Shown here one piece after another: positions 30,766-43,316 of a stretch of DNA of 64,000 nucleotides. Numbering within the stretch: the stretch's first letter is position 1; each line of letters starts with the position of its first letter. The position numbers and the translations under genes were made by a program. Under the pieces are notes generated by a model that made no database searches, was not told the DNA's origin, and saw nothing but the letters and a program-made list of their open reading frames with translations. The stretch is from a virus (taxonomy: Duplodnaviria; Caudoviricetes): the IMG/VR virus record IMGVR_UViG_3300028888_000002; one strand, given 5' to 3'.

Positions 30766-33013
30766 GGGGTCGGTCAAAATTATTTTCAGCCGTCCGTCTT
30801 GTCGTCTAGCTTCGCCTTGATAGCCTGCAACGCTTGACCTTTCGTGTAGTTCAACAAAGTATCTGTCTTTTTAAGATAACCGCCAAACTTGTTCAACATA
30901 CAGTCCGTGCATTCTTTCGCAAACTTTGACAGGCACCGCATTGGTATCGTCCCGTCGTCGTCCAACCAATCTATGAGTGCGACGGCACATTCTTCAAAGA
31001 GCCTGTGCTTATACGTTGTTGCAAGCATATTCGGGTCAATGTAGTTGTATCGGGACCACACGGCACCGATTATCATACGGACCGTGCGGACCTTTACTAT
31101 GCGTGTATAAATCGGACCGTATCGCCAATCCGCTCCCGTAAGCACCCATTCGTTTTCTGTCGTGAAATCCATATTAGTCCTCTACAACTTCCACGTCCGT
31201 AAAGCGACATAAATCCTTTCTCACTTTTTGGACTTCCATATACAACATATCCTTGACCCACTTCGGCAATTCCTGGGGAACCCCCACAGTCAGTCGCAGC
31301 AGGGTTTCTTTACGCTGTTCGGAATCCATAGTCCCTGCAACTTTAACGATTTCGTCAAGTAGCTTGTCCGCAATCCTGTTCACGGTAGGTTCAAGGGCTT
31401 TCTGCACTAGACGCTTTGCTTGTTCCTTGACATAGTATTCGTCTTTAAATGCCTGCGGGTCCACACCGTAGCTTACCTGGTCATACGGTATGTGCTTCCA
31501 CAATTCTTCCAACGGATATTCTACGTTTGGTCCTTCCATAGATTACTTGTCCCAATCGGGGTCGTGTTCGGGTTTATGCAGCAGCCCCATTTCTACTGCC
31601 AAATCATTGTAAACGTCGTCAACCGTGCTGCGAACGGTATCGCACAGCCTGTCAGCGATTTTATTGAAGTAAGTCTTCATTTCCTTTGCGGACGATTCAC
31701 GGACGGCATTCACGGGGCTATCTGTCATTCCCCAACAGCCCGTGAACAAAGTTATATCCTTTACTTCCAGGACTTCTTTAACCAGGTCGCCCAACTTGTA
31801 GCCAAATTCGGGGTCATATACTTTGCCCGTATTCAATACGGTAAGGATAGGATTTCCGTTGTTCGCATTCAAGCGGAAAAACTTTCGGTTACTCTTGGAA
31901 CGATACAGAATGCTAGGCTTAATCTTTGCCATAATGCTTTCTTTTAGAGCGACGGCAAGTTCCCGCTTCAACTGTTCTTCTCTTGTAAGGTCATTAACAC
32001 CCATACTGAAATCCTTTAAGAAATGTGATACTTGCACATAACGTAAAGCAGGCTGATTACAAGGGCACTGATTACGGTAATGCTCAACAGGACAACCGCC
32101 TTGAACGGCTGCTTTCGGGACGCTTCCAGGTAACGACCGTGTTCATATTCCAGGGCTGCGTAAATGCTTGAAACAAGCAGGTAGTCGTCCTGGCTATCGC
32201 TGACACTGTGGGCACGATACTGCTTGAACGCAGCTACACCTTGTTCATATTTGTTTGGCATTCTGTTCCTCGTTAGGTTTATAGTTTCTTTTAAGCCTAG
32301 TTTGTTACTATAGGATTTCCTTTGAATACGTCAAACTCACTTTCAAAAGTGGCTTCGTCATAAACAACAATATCGTCACCGTTTTTAACAATATATGTGC
32401 CAACTTGTGCCGTGTAACTAAATCCATTTGCGGTGCGAATGCAAATCGGAGACCCCTGTGCCACTACCGTTCCAGAGACGGACGCTCTACCTTTGCAAAA
32501 GCGGAGAACTTCTAGTAAGTTGTCACCCCTGTAGTAAATGCAATCGCACACTGTTCCTTTAGTATTAGATGTCATATGGACCTTAACTTCTTTGGAGTTC
32601 CTTTTTGTCTTAACAATGCTTGGTAGGCAAGTCCATTGCGAATGCGAGTCCACCTCCGCAGATTTGCCATAGCTTCGGAGGGGTCGGTGCCATCGTGCTT
32701 GCACAATTCCACTTCCATTGCATAGTAGGCATATTGGCTGTGGGCATAAGCCATCTGTAGCCTGTGCAGGGCAGCAACGGCACCGTGGCGTTCTTGGCGA
32801 AGTTTCTTTCTTCTGTCTCGGAAAATATCAAACAACTCCGACCATTTCTTGCGTTCGGCAAGGACTTGGTTGGACAAATCCTCAATGACTTTTTCCACAA
32901 GTTCGGCAGGGTAGAAATCCACATATTCGTGGCGGTAGCCCCCGTGTTCGTCCATATAGAAATTGCGTTTGTGCCCCTTGAGGCGGTTCATAGCTAATGT
33001 CTTTACAGGCATA

Positions 33014-33487
33014 TTACTTCACCCCCTTTTCATACGGAATGTCCCGCATAAATCCATTTTCGCCCATTTCGGTCAACGGACGATACTGTTCTGTGTCAAT
33101 GCCGATTTCCTGGACGATTTCTTTTGCAAGTTGCCATTCGCTGCCCTGTTCGCTGCCGTCCGTGGACCACCTGTCAATGACCCCGTGCTTCAAACAGACG
33201 ACAAGCCCCGCCTTTACTGCGGAGTCAAAATCATTGTCGCCTGGGTGCGTCCGAAGACCCCCGCAGTCCGTGATACCTAAACCCTTGTAGCAGTTGCAGT
33301 CAAAGTCAAGCGGTTCTTCGTCACCGCCCGTAAACTTCAAGGTGAAAGTCTTTTCGTCGTGGACGAACGCACAGCGAATTTTCCTTGCTTTGGCTGCACG
33401 GACGAGCGAACGCATATCCTTACAGAACTCTTTTGTAAGCGGGCGTTCACGCTGTTCAATGTTAATGTCGTAGTAGTTACCATACAT
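33014..33487 (-). CDS. hypothetical protein
   Basis: ORF track, operon context. Confidence 0.75.
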   Translation of the reverse strand: MYGNYYDINIEQRERPLTKEFCKDMRSLVRAAKARKIRCAFVHDEKTFTLKFTGGDEEPLDFDCNCYKGLGITDCGGLRTHPGDNDFDSAVKAGLVVCLKHGVIDRWSTDGSEQGSEWQLAKEIVQEIGIDTEQYRPLTEMGENGFMRDIPYEKGVK

Positions 33488-33492
33488 AGTGA

Positions 33493-34098
33493 TTACCCCT
33501 GTGCGATAGCTTTTTGCTTCTGTTCAACAAAGTTCTGCGGGAACACGACACCCTCCAGGTCCTTTGCAGCCTGCATAGCGTCGCCCCAATCAAAGGACGG
33601 CTTACGGGTCTTTCCCTTGTTTTCGTCCGATGGCTTTGACAGCAGGTCCGCTTCTTGCAGGAACATATAGGACCAGGCTTCCATCTGCTTTTTCAACTGC
33701 TGCTTCAACTTCTTTTCGTATGCGTCCTTGCGGGAGCGATACATAATCATAAGTTCCCGCAGGATTCGGCTGTGGCAATCATACATAGCGTCGTCCATAA
33801 CCGTTTCAACGTAATAGTGCTTGTTTCTGCTGCCCTTGTAGGAATAAATGTCAAATTGGTCCTTTGTCAAGTGCAGGCGTTCGTAGAAGTATTGAACCAC
33901 GACCTGCAATTCCTTTCGGGTATAGTAGCCGAACTCACGCATTTTGCTAGTCCCCGTCACTTCGTCCAGGGTAATGCCATATCTAGCGATTAGCCTGTCA
34001 CGCAGACGGATAGCGTTTGCACGTTCGGGGTCCGATTCGTCGGAAACTTCAATGCGGTATTGCAGGTCACGCAAAATCTTCAAAACTTTGGAATCCAT
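33493..34098 (-). CDS. DUF2786-like N-terminal domain protein
   Basis: PERANAIRLRDRLIARYGITLDEV resembles the DUF2786 helical hairpin. Confidence 0.55.
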   Translation of the reverse strand: MDSKVLKILRDLQYRIEVSDESDPERANAIRLRDRLIARYGITLDEVTGTSKMREFGYYTRKELQVVVQYFYERLHLTKDQFDIYSYKGSRNKHYYVETVMDDAMYDCHSRILRELMIMYRSRKDAYEKKLKQQLKKQMEAWSYMFLQEADLLSKPSDENKGKTRKPSFDWGDAMQAAKDLEGVVFPQNFVEQKQKAIAQG

Positions 34099-34115
34099 AA
34101 TAAAATCCTTGTAGG

Positions 34116-34146
34116 AAAAATAGGCGGGGCTGCTGTGCCCCGCCTG
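34116..34146 (-). terminator. intrinsic terminator
   Basis: AGGCGGGGC/GCCCCGCCT stem plus U tract on the minus strand. Confidence 0.8.
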
Positions 34147-34155
34147 GGGTGAAAC

Positions 34156-34941
34156 TTACTTGGCACGGACCACGATTACACGGATATGCCAACAGACGAT
34201 ATTGTAACCGCCACATTCAATGGAGCGAACTTCACACTTGCCTGCGGTGCCCGTGAGGAAGCCGTTAATCACGGCATATCCCTGGGTGCCCGTAGTGACT
34301 TCAAGACCGCTGTAATCTTCGGTAGCACCGATATAGGACTTGATACGGTGGTGCAGGTCCTTGACAAGTGCCTGGGCATCTTCTTTGGCACGAATGTCAA
34401 GTTGTTCGTCGGTGGCTTCGGCAACACGCTTGAGGCTGTCCTGCACGTTCCACATACACTTGCCCTGGGACTTCCAATAGTCGTAGTTGCTCCACTTGCC
34501 TTCTTCCTTTAAGGTCTTGATACGCATAACAGCAATATCCCTGCGGGTCTTGTATTCGTAGGCGAAAGCCTTTGTCAAGTCAACTGCGTAATTTTGGAGT
34601 GCCTGCGGGATAGACTTGATTTCGGCTTCTGCGTCAGCCTTTTCCTTGCGGAGTCTTTCAAGTTCCATTTCGTCGCTAGTGATTTCACGGGTCCTGCGTT
34701 CAATGGATTCACGGGCGTTGTCAGCAGTAGAAATCGGACCGAAAGCCAATTCCCAATCGTTGAACATCGTGTGGGCGTTGTGAGAATCGTTGCCGTCACC
34801 GACGTAGGAGTAGCCCTTCTTCGCACACTTCGCAACAGCGTTGTTGAGGCGGACCTGTGCCTTTGCGATAGCGTCCTTATTCTTTTGAATGCGGGCGTAG
34901 GCACGTTCAATGTCTTTGTCAATGGTGCGGATATTTCTCAT
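34156..34941 (-). CDS. coiled-coil phage protein (start MRNIRT)
   Basis: Own promoter, RBS and terminator; C-terminal GGYNIVCWHIR motif. Confidence 0.8.
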   Translation of the reverse strand: MRNIRTIDKDIERAYARIQKNKDAIAKAQVRLNNAVAKCAKKGYSYVGDGNDSHNAHTMFNDWELAFGPISTADNARESIERRTREITSDEMELERLRKEKADAEAEIKSIPQALQNYAVDLTKAFAYEYKTRRDIAVMRIKTLKEEGKWSNYDYWKSQGKCMWNVQDSLKRVAEATDEQLDIRAKEDAQALVKDLHHRIKSYIGATEDYSGLEVTTGTQGYAVINGFLTGTAGKCEVRSIECGGYNIVCWHIRVIVVRAK

Positions 34942-34985
34942 TTTGGAATCCTCGGTTGAAGTGGTTGTCTTTCCTTTACGCCCTA

Positions 34986-35024
34986 AATATAACAAAATAC
35001 CTAGTCGTTGTCAACAGGTATTTT
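34986..35024 (-). promoter_or_regulatory. class-1 promoter with AAAATACCT/AGGTATTTT inverted repeat
   Basis: Read directly. Confidence 0.9.
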
Positions 35025-36805
35025 AAAAATTTTTGAATTTTTTTCAAGGTCGCCCACAGCGGTGTCGGGCGAGAACTGAATTTCTGCGTCTAGCCCGTTC
35101 CGCAAGTTCCTGGGCTTCCCGTTTACGCCTGTTGTCTTCCCGTCTGCGACGTTCCGCTTCCTGCTCACGTCTGCTACGGGCTGCACTATCCAGGCAACAG
35201 ATTGCAGCAGCAGCCCCGAACATAGCTATTCCTCCACGCAGGTAAAACTAACAGGATAGGGGTAGCGTTCCATATTTTGATTGTAGGCTCCCGCCCTAGT
35301 GCTTTGATAGTCCGTCTTGTTCTCAATGGAACACTTGATTTTCCTGGGCTTTTCAACAGGAATTTCCTGCTTTATGCAGACGGATTTCAAGCTAGGGTGC
35401 AGGGAGCTGCGGGCAGCTTCGCACTGCTGCAAATCCTGGAACGTCAAACGGGTGTCAACACCCCCTTGCCCTAGATAGACGATAACAAGAACGAATATGG
35501 TCTTAATCATAAAGTTTACCTACCCTTATTTTTAGATATGACTTTTTGTAAATGTCGGGATATTCCTTGCATATTTCGGCAACCCTGTTTTCAGCAGATT
35601 TCCTAGATTTGCAAGACGCAAGATACCTATGGGTGCCACACGATTCGTCAAACACGTTGTAGATTTTCACGGGGCTTCCTCCACAACTTCGTAGCTGTCT
35701 TCGGGCAGCAACCGCAAAGAACCCCAGGTGCCCTTGATATGACCCCTGTCGTCAATATGGGTCACGGTCCCGACCTTGCCGATTAGGTTCTTTTCGGAAA
35801 TCGGCAGGGAGCCGTCGGAGTCCGTGGCGAACCCCAAAATCCTAATCTTGTCGCCAACCTTTACCATACGTGATACAGCTCCCCATATTCAGCACAGCAT
35901 TTTACTTCGTTCCAAATTTGGTCCGAAATTTCTTCAATTTCGGGGTGCTGCTGAAAGGCTTCCCAAAGAGGCTTCGGGTCGTAACATACGTCCACAGGCT
36001 TTTGGCAGAACGCAACGATAGCTTCGGGTGTTCCTTCGGGGAACGTGAACTTGTCGTCACGTTCGTGGACCTTGCCGAGCATATACGTCGGGTTGATAAG
36101 GCTCTTTTCAACCTTCTTTGCGTCTTCAACAAACTGCGAATTGAGAACGGCACCGAAGCACTGCGTCGCAATTTTTTCAACTTCTTCGTAATAGCGGGGA
36201 TAGCTTGAGCTACCGCCCCAACTAAAATCTACTCCCATACCTATGCCTCCTTTTCGTGATAAAGTTCTTTTAAGTTCTTACACGCTTGGGCGATTTGCAT
36301 AATCCTGGCTAACTTGTCGTTGTATGCCTGCATAGCCTTGATAGATTCTGCACGTTCGTCAAAGTCTTCCTGGTTCAAGTCTGCGTCTAGCACGGCTCCC
36401 GATTGGGCAAGCACTTCAGCAGCATATTCAAACAGACGCTTGTCAATCTTGTCGGGGTCGTCCGTCGTCAAGTGGACGATTGTTTCAGCCCCCGTTTCCC
36501 TGGTGTCTGCGAAACAAAGGACGGACACCCTGTAAGACGGTTTCTTGTCAAAGAAACCCGTGCTGTTCCAAATGTTAAACTGAAACTTTACAGCGTTGAA
36601 CTTTTCCCTGGAATAGTCCCCTACAAGGTAAGTGGACGGCTTGTCGTAACTGTCCATATTCCAACCGTTACCGCAGTGACCGATAGGGACCAACGCCTTT
36701 TCATTGGTTATCCTATACCAAACGTCAAAGAAAAACTTTGAAGTCCCGATACGTTGTGGTCCGAAAATTTTTTCATTATTGAATACGTCGTTCATAATCA
36801 AATCC

Positions 36806-37519
36806 TTACGGGTAAATGTCCATAACAAGTGGGTTTCTCTTGTAGCCTGGTCCCGAAATATCCCCCAGGATATACGTGACCGTGAAATTCAGCATTTTCA
36901 AGAAATGCGGGGCGAACCTGGGTAGGTCCGAACATTCGTCCTGGTAGGCGAACTTCTTACGGGAATCCCCGAAGATAATGTCCGAATAAATCGGGAACGC
37001 CTGGTGTGCGTCAACGGGGTTTAGCCCGCACAGGCTATCCAATCGTTTCAGCAAATCCGTAACGTCCGCAGGCGTGAGAATGAAACGCCATTCTTCGTTC
37101 TTCGGACGCAGTTTGTAACCCTGGCTCTTGTCGGACTTGACAAGGGACTTCCTGTGACGATTGAGCAGCCATTGAGCCAAAACCTTGCTGCGGGAACTTC
37201 CCGTGTAAAGGTGCGGTAGCTTTTCAATGGAAGCCATTTCCTTGAGTGAGTTCACCTTACGCATAAGGGTGAACCACTTGTCAAATTCAGCAGGGGACAC
37301 TACCTTGTAAATAGGTAGTTCGTCTTTTACGGATTTGAAAGACCGCTTACCTTCTTCGGCTTCTTCCATTTCACGATTGAAGCGGTCCATATCGGCATCA
37401 AACGTGGCTTGATACTTTTCGTAAAGTTTCTGTTCAAGTTTGTCAAAAGCGTCGTCAGCCTTTAAGTAGTTCTTAAAGGAATGTGCGTCCACACGATACC
37501 AATAAATGCTGCTGCCCAT
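36806..37519 (-). CDS. hypothetical protein (start MGSSIY)
   Basis: ORF track; start adjusted to avoid overlap. Confidence 0.7.
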   Translation of the reverse strand: MGSSIYWYRVDAHSFKNYLKADDAFDKLEQKLYEKYQATFDADMDRFNREMEEAEEGKRSFKSVKDELPIYKVVSPAEFDKWFTLMRKVNSLKEMASIEKLPHLYTGSSRSKVLAQWLLNRHRKSLVKSDKSQGYKLRPKNEEWRFILTPADVTDLLKRLDSLCGLNPVDAHQAFPIYSDIIFGDSRKKFAYQDECSDLPRFAPHFLKMLNFTVTYILGDISGPGYKRNPLVMDIYP

Positions 37520-38069
37520 ATTATACTTCCCACCTGTTGTATTCGTTATCCTTGTCACCCCAGGCGATACCGCTAAAACGAATCTTTGGGGGCTTGCCTG
37601 GGTCGTTCATATTGGTTCCCCACATATGGATATAGTAGCCCTTGCGGGAACCCGCCATCATATAGGTATAATACCAACAGCCACTATCCGTGACCTTATA
37701 TCCGAAGCCCTTCAAGCGTTCGTAAGCCTGGTCAAAAGTGACCCTGCCTTTTGTAAGGTCATCGCACAGTGTATGGGCGAAATCGTTAAATGCTCTTTGG
37801 GTAGTAGAAGCCATCGTCTTACCTACTTCTTAATGTTGTGGGTGTCCACGTAGTTTTCGTTGCACAGGATTACCTGTTTGTTGCCAATGTAGGCATACAT
37901 ATATTCACCGCTAATGCCGTGCCAATCGGAGCAATCGCTTGCACCCATAGAAATGCTGGCACCATACTTCTTGAGCAGGTCCTTGAGTTCCTTTTTGAAG
38001 TTAGCGGGCGTGAGTTCTGCTGTCGCCATTATCATATCCTCGGTTGAAGTGGTTGTTTCTTCTACCTTA

Positions 38070-38098
38070 AATATAACAAATTACCTAGTGGCTGTCAA
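38070..38098 (-). promoter_or_regulatory. class-1 promoter
   Basis: aatata-N17-tgtcaa. Confidence 0.85.
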
Positions 38099-38288
38099 TA
38101 GGAAAATGAAAAATTATTTCTTTTCTTTCAACCAGGCAACATTGCCGTCAACCATAACCTTTTTCGGGTGTAGCAAACATTTGGTCGCTATGGCATCAAT
38201 CGCAGATGTAAGGACGCTATTCAAGCCTAGTTCCTGTGAAGTAGAAAATTTCTGTTCTTCAAATTCAATTTCAATTTTCTTTTTCATT

Positions 38289-39143
38289 TTAGTTTTCCTT
38301 TGTTATTCGGTTTCTTGTTTTAGGGTCCAACGGGATATTCGGGAATTTCGTTATATTCCATTGGGCGGGTTCAACTATTCTGCACCAACGTCGGGGAGTG
38401 ACAAATACATCCCCGTTAAACAGGTCAACTGTTCCGTCGTCCCGTTTAATTGTTTCGTTGACATCGCAAACCGTGTAATATCCCTGGGCAGTCTGCACCA
38501 GGATTTCGCCACGCTCCGTAGCGTCGTGTTTAGTAGGCTTTACGTCCGCATATTCTAGCCATTCCGTATAGTGGCAATCCGAGGTTCTTCGGACATACCA
38601 ATTCATTCTTGCGACCCTGGCGATTTCACCCAGGGGCGTTTGAGGGTCATAGCCGATAGTGTGCTTTTCGTGCCGAAGCATATTGCAGATAGCGTTGACC
38701 GTCCGTTGGTCCAGGGGTTGTTCCCACTGTTCCGTGCCTTCGGTCCCCGTCGGTTTCGGGGTTAGCTTGTTCTGCATAACCGTGGCACCCTGGCGGGAAT
38801 ACACCGAAACGCATTCCTGCGGGATAGTCTTGAACGTCCCCTGCTGCGTTCTTATGTAATAAACGCCCTGCGGGATTTCCTTGTAGTCCTTATAAACCCT
38901 GTTGGGCTTTCGGGACTTGTAGGCTTCCCAACCTTTGATAGTTTGGTAGTAGAAAAACATCGCCACACAGGTATAGATAACCCACAGACACGAATTTTCA
39001 GTAATCACCATACACGCTAGGCATTCTGCAAGTATCGTCGTTAAGAGCGAACTTACGGTAAAACAACCGTGAAAACCTTTTGCTAGGAATATCCCGCAAG
39101 TGGCTGCGGAAATGACTGTGAGAATTATTGTGATTTCTAACAT
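38289..39143 (-). CDS. membrane protein (3 N-terminal TM helices; similar layout to 39409..40035)
   Basis: Hydrophobic N-terminus; shared Y..Y.(E/D)(I/V)P..V.Y motif. Confidence 0.7.
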   Translation of the reverse strand: MLEITIILTVISAATCGIFLAKGFHGCFTVSSLLTTILAECLACMVITENSCLWVIYTCVAMFFYYQTIKGWEAYKSRKPNRVYKDYKEIPQGVYYIRTQQGTFKTIPQECVSVYSRQGATVMQNKLTPKPTGTEGTEQWEQPLDQRTVNAICNMLRHEKHTIGYDPQTPLGEIARVARMNWYVRRTSDCHYTEWLEYADVKPTKHDATERGEILVQTAQGYYTVCDVNETIKRDDGTVDLFNGDVFVTPRRWCRIVEPAQWNITKFPNIPLDPKTRNRITKEN

Positions 39144-39408
39144 AGTGTTATCCCTTACAAACGGTGGCTGTCAAAGCGTTCGCTAATTTCGTCAAACCGC
39201 TGTCGGCAGTATTCAGCGAAGTCGCCTAACGACCATTCCTTATAGACAAATTCTTTGGACTTGTAGTCCCCGTAAGCCCGCAGCCTCCATTCGTTGTCGG
39301 GATTGCCACAGAACGCCTTTGCGTCGGCTTCGGTTTCTACGAACTTGATAGGGTCACTTGTCATTACGTGACCGTCTTTGCAGTGCGATTCAACATACAG
39401 TGCGAACA

Positions 39409-40035
39409 TTACTTACCCCTATTTTGTTGAATTGTTTTGAGTTTTCCTAGCAGGTCCACGACTTGTTCCCTGTTAGGCGTATTGGCTAACATAGCTTCCA
39501 GGTTCTTTCGCTGTTGGTCGTGAAGCGTGTAGCCCGTAGCGTCCAAACCTTTGGCGGTATCTACGGTTTTAGCTTCGGGCTTCGGCTGTTCCTTTTCGGC
39601 TTCGTCCTTTGGCTTGTAAGTGACCCGTGCCATAGCGTGAATGTAAACCGTTTCACCATTCTTGTGAGCCTTCTTCGCTTCGTCTTCGGATAGCACGATA
39701 CACTTGCCATACTTGCCGACCTTGTAAAGAACCTGGCGTGGAACGTCCAGGTAGGTCGGGTAATACTTTCGGGGCAGGTATAGTTCAAGCAGGAACATTA
39801 TTCCGCTATATGCTCCCGCAAGCCCGAAGGCAAGCATTCCCTTGAACGGACTAATACCTAGCACAGCCAGGAACCTTGTAGGGTCCGTAAACCCATACAC
39901 GATAAACGCAACTACATACAGCAGCGTTAGGACACGGAACACGGACGTTCCCCTGTAAAGTCCGTTGCTCTTGCAGATTTCAGCGACGAAGACAATGAGC
40001 CACGCCACGATAACGAAAGTGAATCCTACTACCAT
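39409..40035 (-). CDS. membrane protein
   Basis: Three hydrophobic segments. Confidence 0.7.
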   Translation of the reverse strand: MVVGFTFVIVAWLIVFVAEICKSNGLYRGTSVFRVLTLLYVVAFIVYGFTDPTRFLAVLGISPFKGMLAFGLAGAYSGIMFLLELYLPRKYYPTYLDVPRQVLYKVGKYGKCIVLSEDEAKKAHKNGETVYIHAMARVTYKPKDEAEKEQPKPEAKTVDTAKGLDATGYTLHDQQRKNLEAMLANTPNREQVVDLLGKLKTIQQNRGK

Positions 40036-41084
40036 TTTTAGTCCTTTGTTTGAAGTTTCTTACCCTTTGCCTTCTTCGGGGAAATGTCGTCCCATTCCTT
40101 GCGGTGCTTCCGATGCCATTCCACAATATCCCACAGGTAGGGGTTCTGTTCAAAGATTTCTTCGCAAACCAGGTCCTTGCGGTCGTGGGTTTCCAGGTCG
40201 TCCAGGAACTTGCAGAAACGGAGCAGGTAGGTTCGCATAAGTTCGTCGCATTGACAAATCCTGCTTGCCGTCGGCAGGTCGCTGCGGGTCCCTAACTTAA
40301 CTTCACGGGCGAAGTTTTGGAAGTTGGTAAATTCCTGCACGTATTCCAGGACTTCCCAAACACACAGTTGTGTGCCCTCCAGGAACTTTTTAGTCAAGAA
40401 CCTGGGTGTGCCCTTATGCTCGCCCGCTTTGATAGTGTCGGCAGACAAGCGTCTTCCAAGAGCGAACATACTGCCACGCATATTGCTAATACGGTTCTTG
40501 TATTTGTTCGCCTGGATTTGGCTAATCGTGGGAATAACCCCCAGGAAGTAAGGGGGTGCGTTTTCGTCCATTTCGGACATTTGACAGAGAAGTTCCTTTG
40601 CGAGAAGTGCCCCTCGGTCGGATTTCAAGATTTTCTGCATAGCCCCGTATTCTTCCAGGGTTACGTTTTTGATATTGGAGTCCTTAAAAAGATTACTCAT
40701 AGAGTTGCCATTTAATTGAATTGACGGACAATCCAGGCGGGGACCAATACGTGAGTGCCTTCCTGGAACGAACCGTCGGGGTTGACATAGTAATTGTTGA
40801 GGATAACTTTGCACTGCGACTTCGGAGCATAGTAGAAGCGTCTGCTGCACTTGCCATCCTTAAAGAGTGGCGTATAGTCAAAGCACCAGGCTTTTTCAGT
40901 TTCTTTGCAAGCCACTTCAACCCAACAGTCAATGTCGCCCAACTTGACCTGTTCCATAACGGGCAGGTTATTAAATTCATTAAAGAACTTGACCCAATCG
41001 GCAGTTGTTTGGATTTTGTCAAAGCACTTAAAGTTGCACTTCATTTTGCTATCCTCGGTTAAAAGTGGTTGTCTTTCTACCGTA

Positions 41085-41113
41085 AATATAACAAAATATC
41101 TAACCGCTGTCAA
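41085..41113 (-). promoter_or_regulatory. class-1 promoter
   Basis: aatata-N17-tgtcaa. Confidence 0.85.
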
Positions 41114-41512
41114 CAGGTATTCAAAAAAATTATTTATAGTATCGCTTGAACCCCGTGCGGGTGTTCTTGACCTGGAACACTCCCCACGAATAGGTCGTTT
41201 CTAGCAGTGTCTTGCCATCGTATTCGTGGTATTCCTTGTTCCTGCGTCGGTATCTTGCAAAGTAGCGTTGCAGGGCGTGTCTAGCGTCGTAAGCCCTTAC
41301 GACCGCATTGGGAGCATCCGAATCCCAAAAGGAACCGAACAGGCGGTCGCTTCTACGGATTTCGTAGGTGTCCATACACAACTTGATAGAGTCCCGCATT
41401 TCGTGGAACTTGTGGACCCTATACCACCTGGTAGATTTGACTATCGGGATGCACAGGACGCTGACTATGCACAAGATACCGAGAGCCATACTTACGTTTT
41501 CGTAGATTTCGC

Positions 41513-41746
41513 TCATATACCCTCCGAAAGTTTACGTCCGCATACGGGACAAAAGTTAATCGTGACTGACACTACTGAATTGCCGTCCTTGTTGTCTATG
41601 ACTGTTAAGAAGCAGTCGCGTTCGTCGTCAACGGAATGCGTGACAAATAGTTCATAGCGGTTGTCCCCGCCCAGGAACAAATCCACCTTTGCCCTGTCTT
41701 CACGATTACGGGAATCGCCCTTAAATTCTTCGCAAAACTTACACAT
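41513..41746 (-). CDS. small Zn-ribbon protein (MCKFC...FCPVCG)
   Basis: Family motif; start re-assigned. Confidence 0.75.
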   Translation of the reverse strand: MCKFCEEFKGDSRNREDRAKVDLFLGGDNRYELFVTHSVDDERDCFLTVIDNKDGNSVVSVTINFCPVCGRKLSEGI

Positions 41747-41923
41747 CCTGGGACTTCTCACGTTCACGTAATTTAGCCGATTCTTCCCATTCAACGTTGG
41801 GGTCAAACTTCGGGTAGTTTTCAATTTCTTCTTCGCTCACTTTCTGTTTGAACGTCAATCGGGCATACTGCCGACATACGGGGCAGTAGTCGTTTTGCCA
41901 ATCCATAAGGCTGTCATAAGCGA

Positions 41924-42163
41924 TTAGGGATTTGCATTTTCCGCATTTGTAGAGTCTGTTCCACAGCATTTCTTATACTCCCTTAAATCACGCCCGCACA
42001 TCGGGCAAAAGTTAATCGTAGCACTTTCGTCGCCATAACACTCTATACGAAAACCCGTAGGGCTTTTATACAGGTGGAAGCGGTCGGTGCAGTCCCAAAA
42101 GTCTTCCCCGCTAATATCCCTGCCAATATCACCAATCAATTTTTCGCAATACTCACACGCCAT
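41924..42163 (-). CDS. small Zn-ribbon protein (MACEYC...FCPMCG)
   Basis: Family motif; start re-assigned. Confidence 0.75.
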   Translation of the reverse strand: MACEYCEKLIGDIGRDISGEDFWDCTDRFHLYKSPTGFRIECYGDESATINFCPMCGRDLREYKKCCGTDSTNAENANP

Positions 42164-42362
42164 TCTTCGCCCCCGTGAGGTCCCTGCCACAGACGGGGCA
42201 GAACTTGATTATGGCATAGATAGCACCCTGGTCCGCATTCAAGGAATACACCCCGTCTTTCGTGCGGTCAATATAAATCCTGCTGCAAGACTGCTCCCCG
42301 CTTATATCCAGGTCCACGTTGTATTCGGGCAGCGGGTCGTTATGTTCACAATACTTACACAT
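42153..42362 (-). CDS. small Zn-ribbon protein (MCKYC...FCPVCG)
   Basis: Family motif. Confidence 0.8.
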   Translation of the reverse strand: MCKYCEHNDPLPEYNVDLDISGEQSCSRIYIDRTKDGVYSLNADQGAIYAIIKFCPVCGRDLTGAKNGV

Positions 42363-42968
42363 TTGATTTTACCTCGGTTTTATAGCACCATTTCCAGGAA
42401 CCGCTAGACTTCACGTAACGGATTCGTCCCTTGTAAAAGAAATGGAACCCGTCTTTGTTTGCCCCGTCCTGGTTTCCAAAGTTGCACATATACACGGTAG
42501 TAGATGAATCAAGGAACCCGTCTTTCGGGGGAGCCACATAAATCCAAACGTCACATTTAGGGCGTTCTTCGTCAAACGTCTTCCAGGGTATAGTCACTGT
42601 TTCTGTAATCATTTCAAGCAGTCCCCATTTGCGTAGGGGTCCACGCATTCAATCGTGATTTCGTCTTGATAGTGCGTGATTACGTCCACGATACGGAATA
42701 CCCCGTGCGTCGTGTTGACATACACTTCTGCGTCCAGGTTTAGTGCTTGACTTAATTTATTTAGAAGTTCGTGTCCGTCCATTTTTCTTTTCCTTTAAAG
42801 ACCAGGCTATGAATGCGTCGCTACACGTTTCGTATTTCTGTTCCTTTCGTTTGCCGTCTGCATAGCAGAACGACTTCGCAGGGCACGTCTTACAGTTTTC
42901 GTTCATTACGGATTCAATGAGCCTGCTAATGTTCTTTGCGTTTCTTACAAAGTGCTGCAAGTTGTTCA

Positions 42969-43316
42969 TTACTGCTCCCAGGTGATTACAAAGTATTTCT
43001 TACCAGGCTCCGCACCCCATTCGGGTCGTCCTGTATCAATGCGAATTTTCGGTTTCTTGAACACAAGCCGTCGGGACATATCGTCTTTCTTCGGATAGCT
43101 CAAGGTGAACACAAGCGTGTCAAAGTCCTTTCGGATTTCAAAGTAAATGGACCCCGCAGGATTAAGCCACGGTTGGTTCGGGTTCTTTTCGTAGCACAGG
43201 CGACTATACCAAAATTCTTTCAGTTCCCTGTATTCTTCAAGTTTGACCCCGCTCTTAATAAGGTCAAACCATTCCTTTTTCAAGGACAACGTAAGTGTGG
43301 TGCTTCTTTTTCTCAC
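42969..43316 (-). CDS. ASCH-domain protein
   Basis: LTLSLKKEWFDLIKSGVKLEEYR (GxKxxExR signature). Confidence 0.85.
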   Translation of the reverse strand: MRKRSTTLTLSLKKEWFDLIKSGVKLEEYRELKEFWYSRLCYEKNPNQPWLNPAGSIYFEIRKDFDTLVFTLSYPKKDDMSRRLVFKKPKIRIDTGRPEWGAEPGKKYFVITWEQ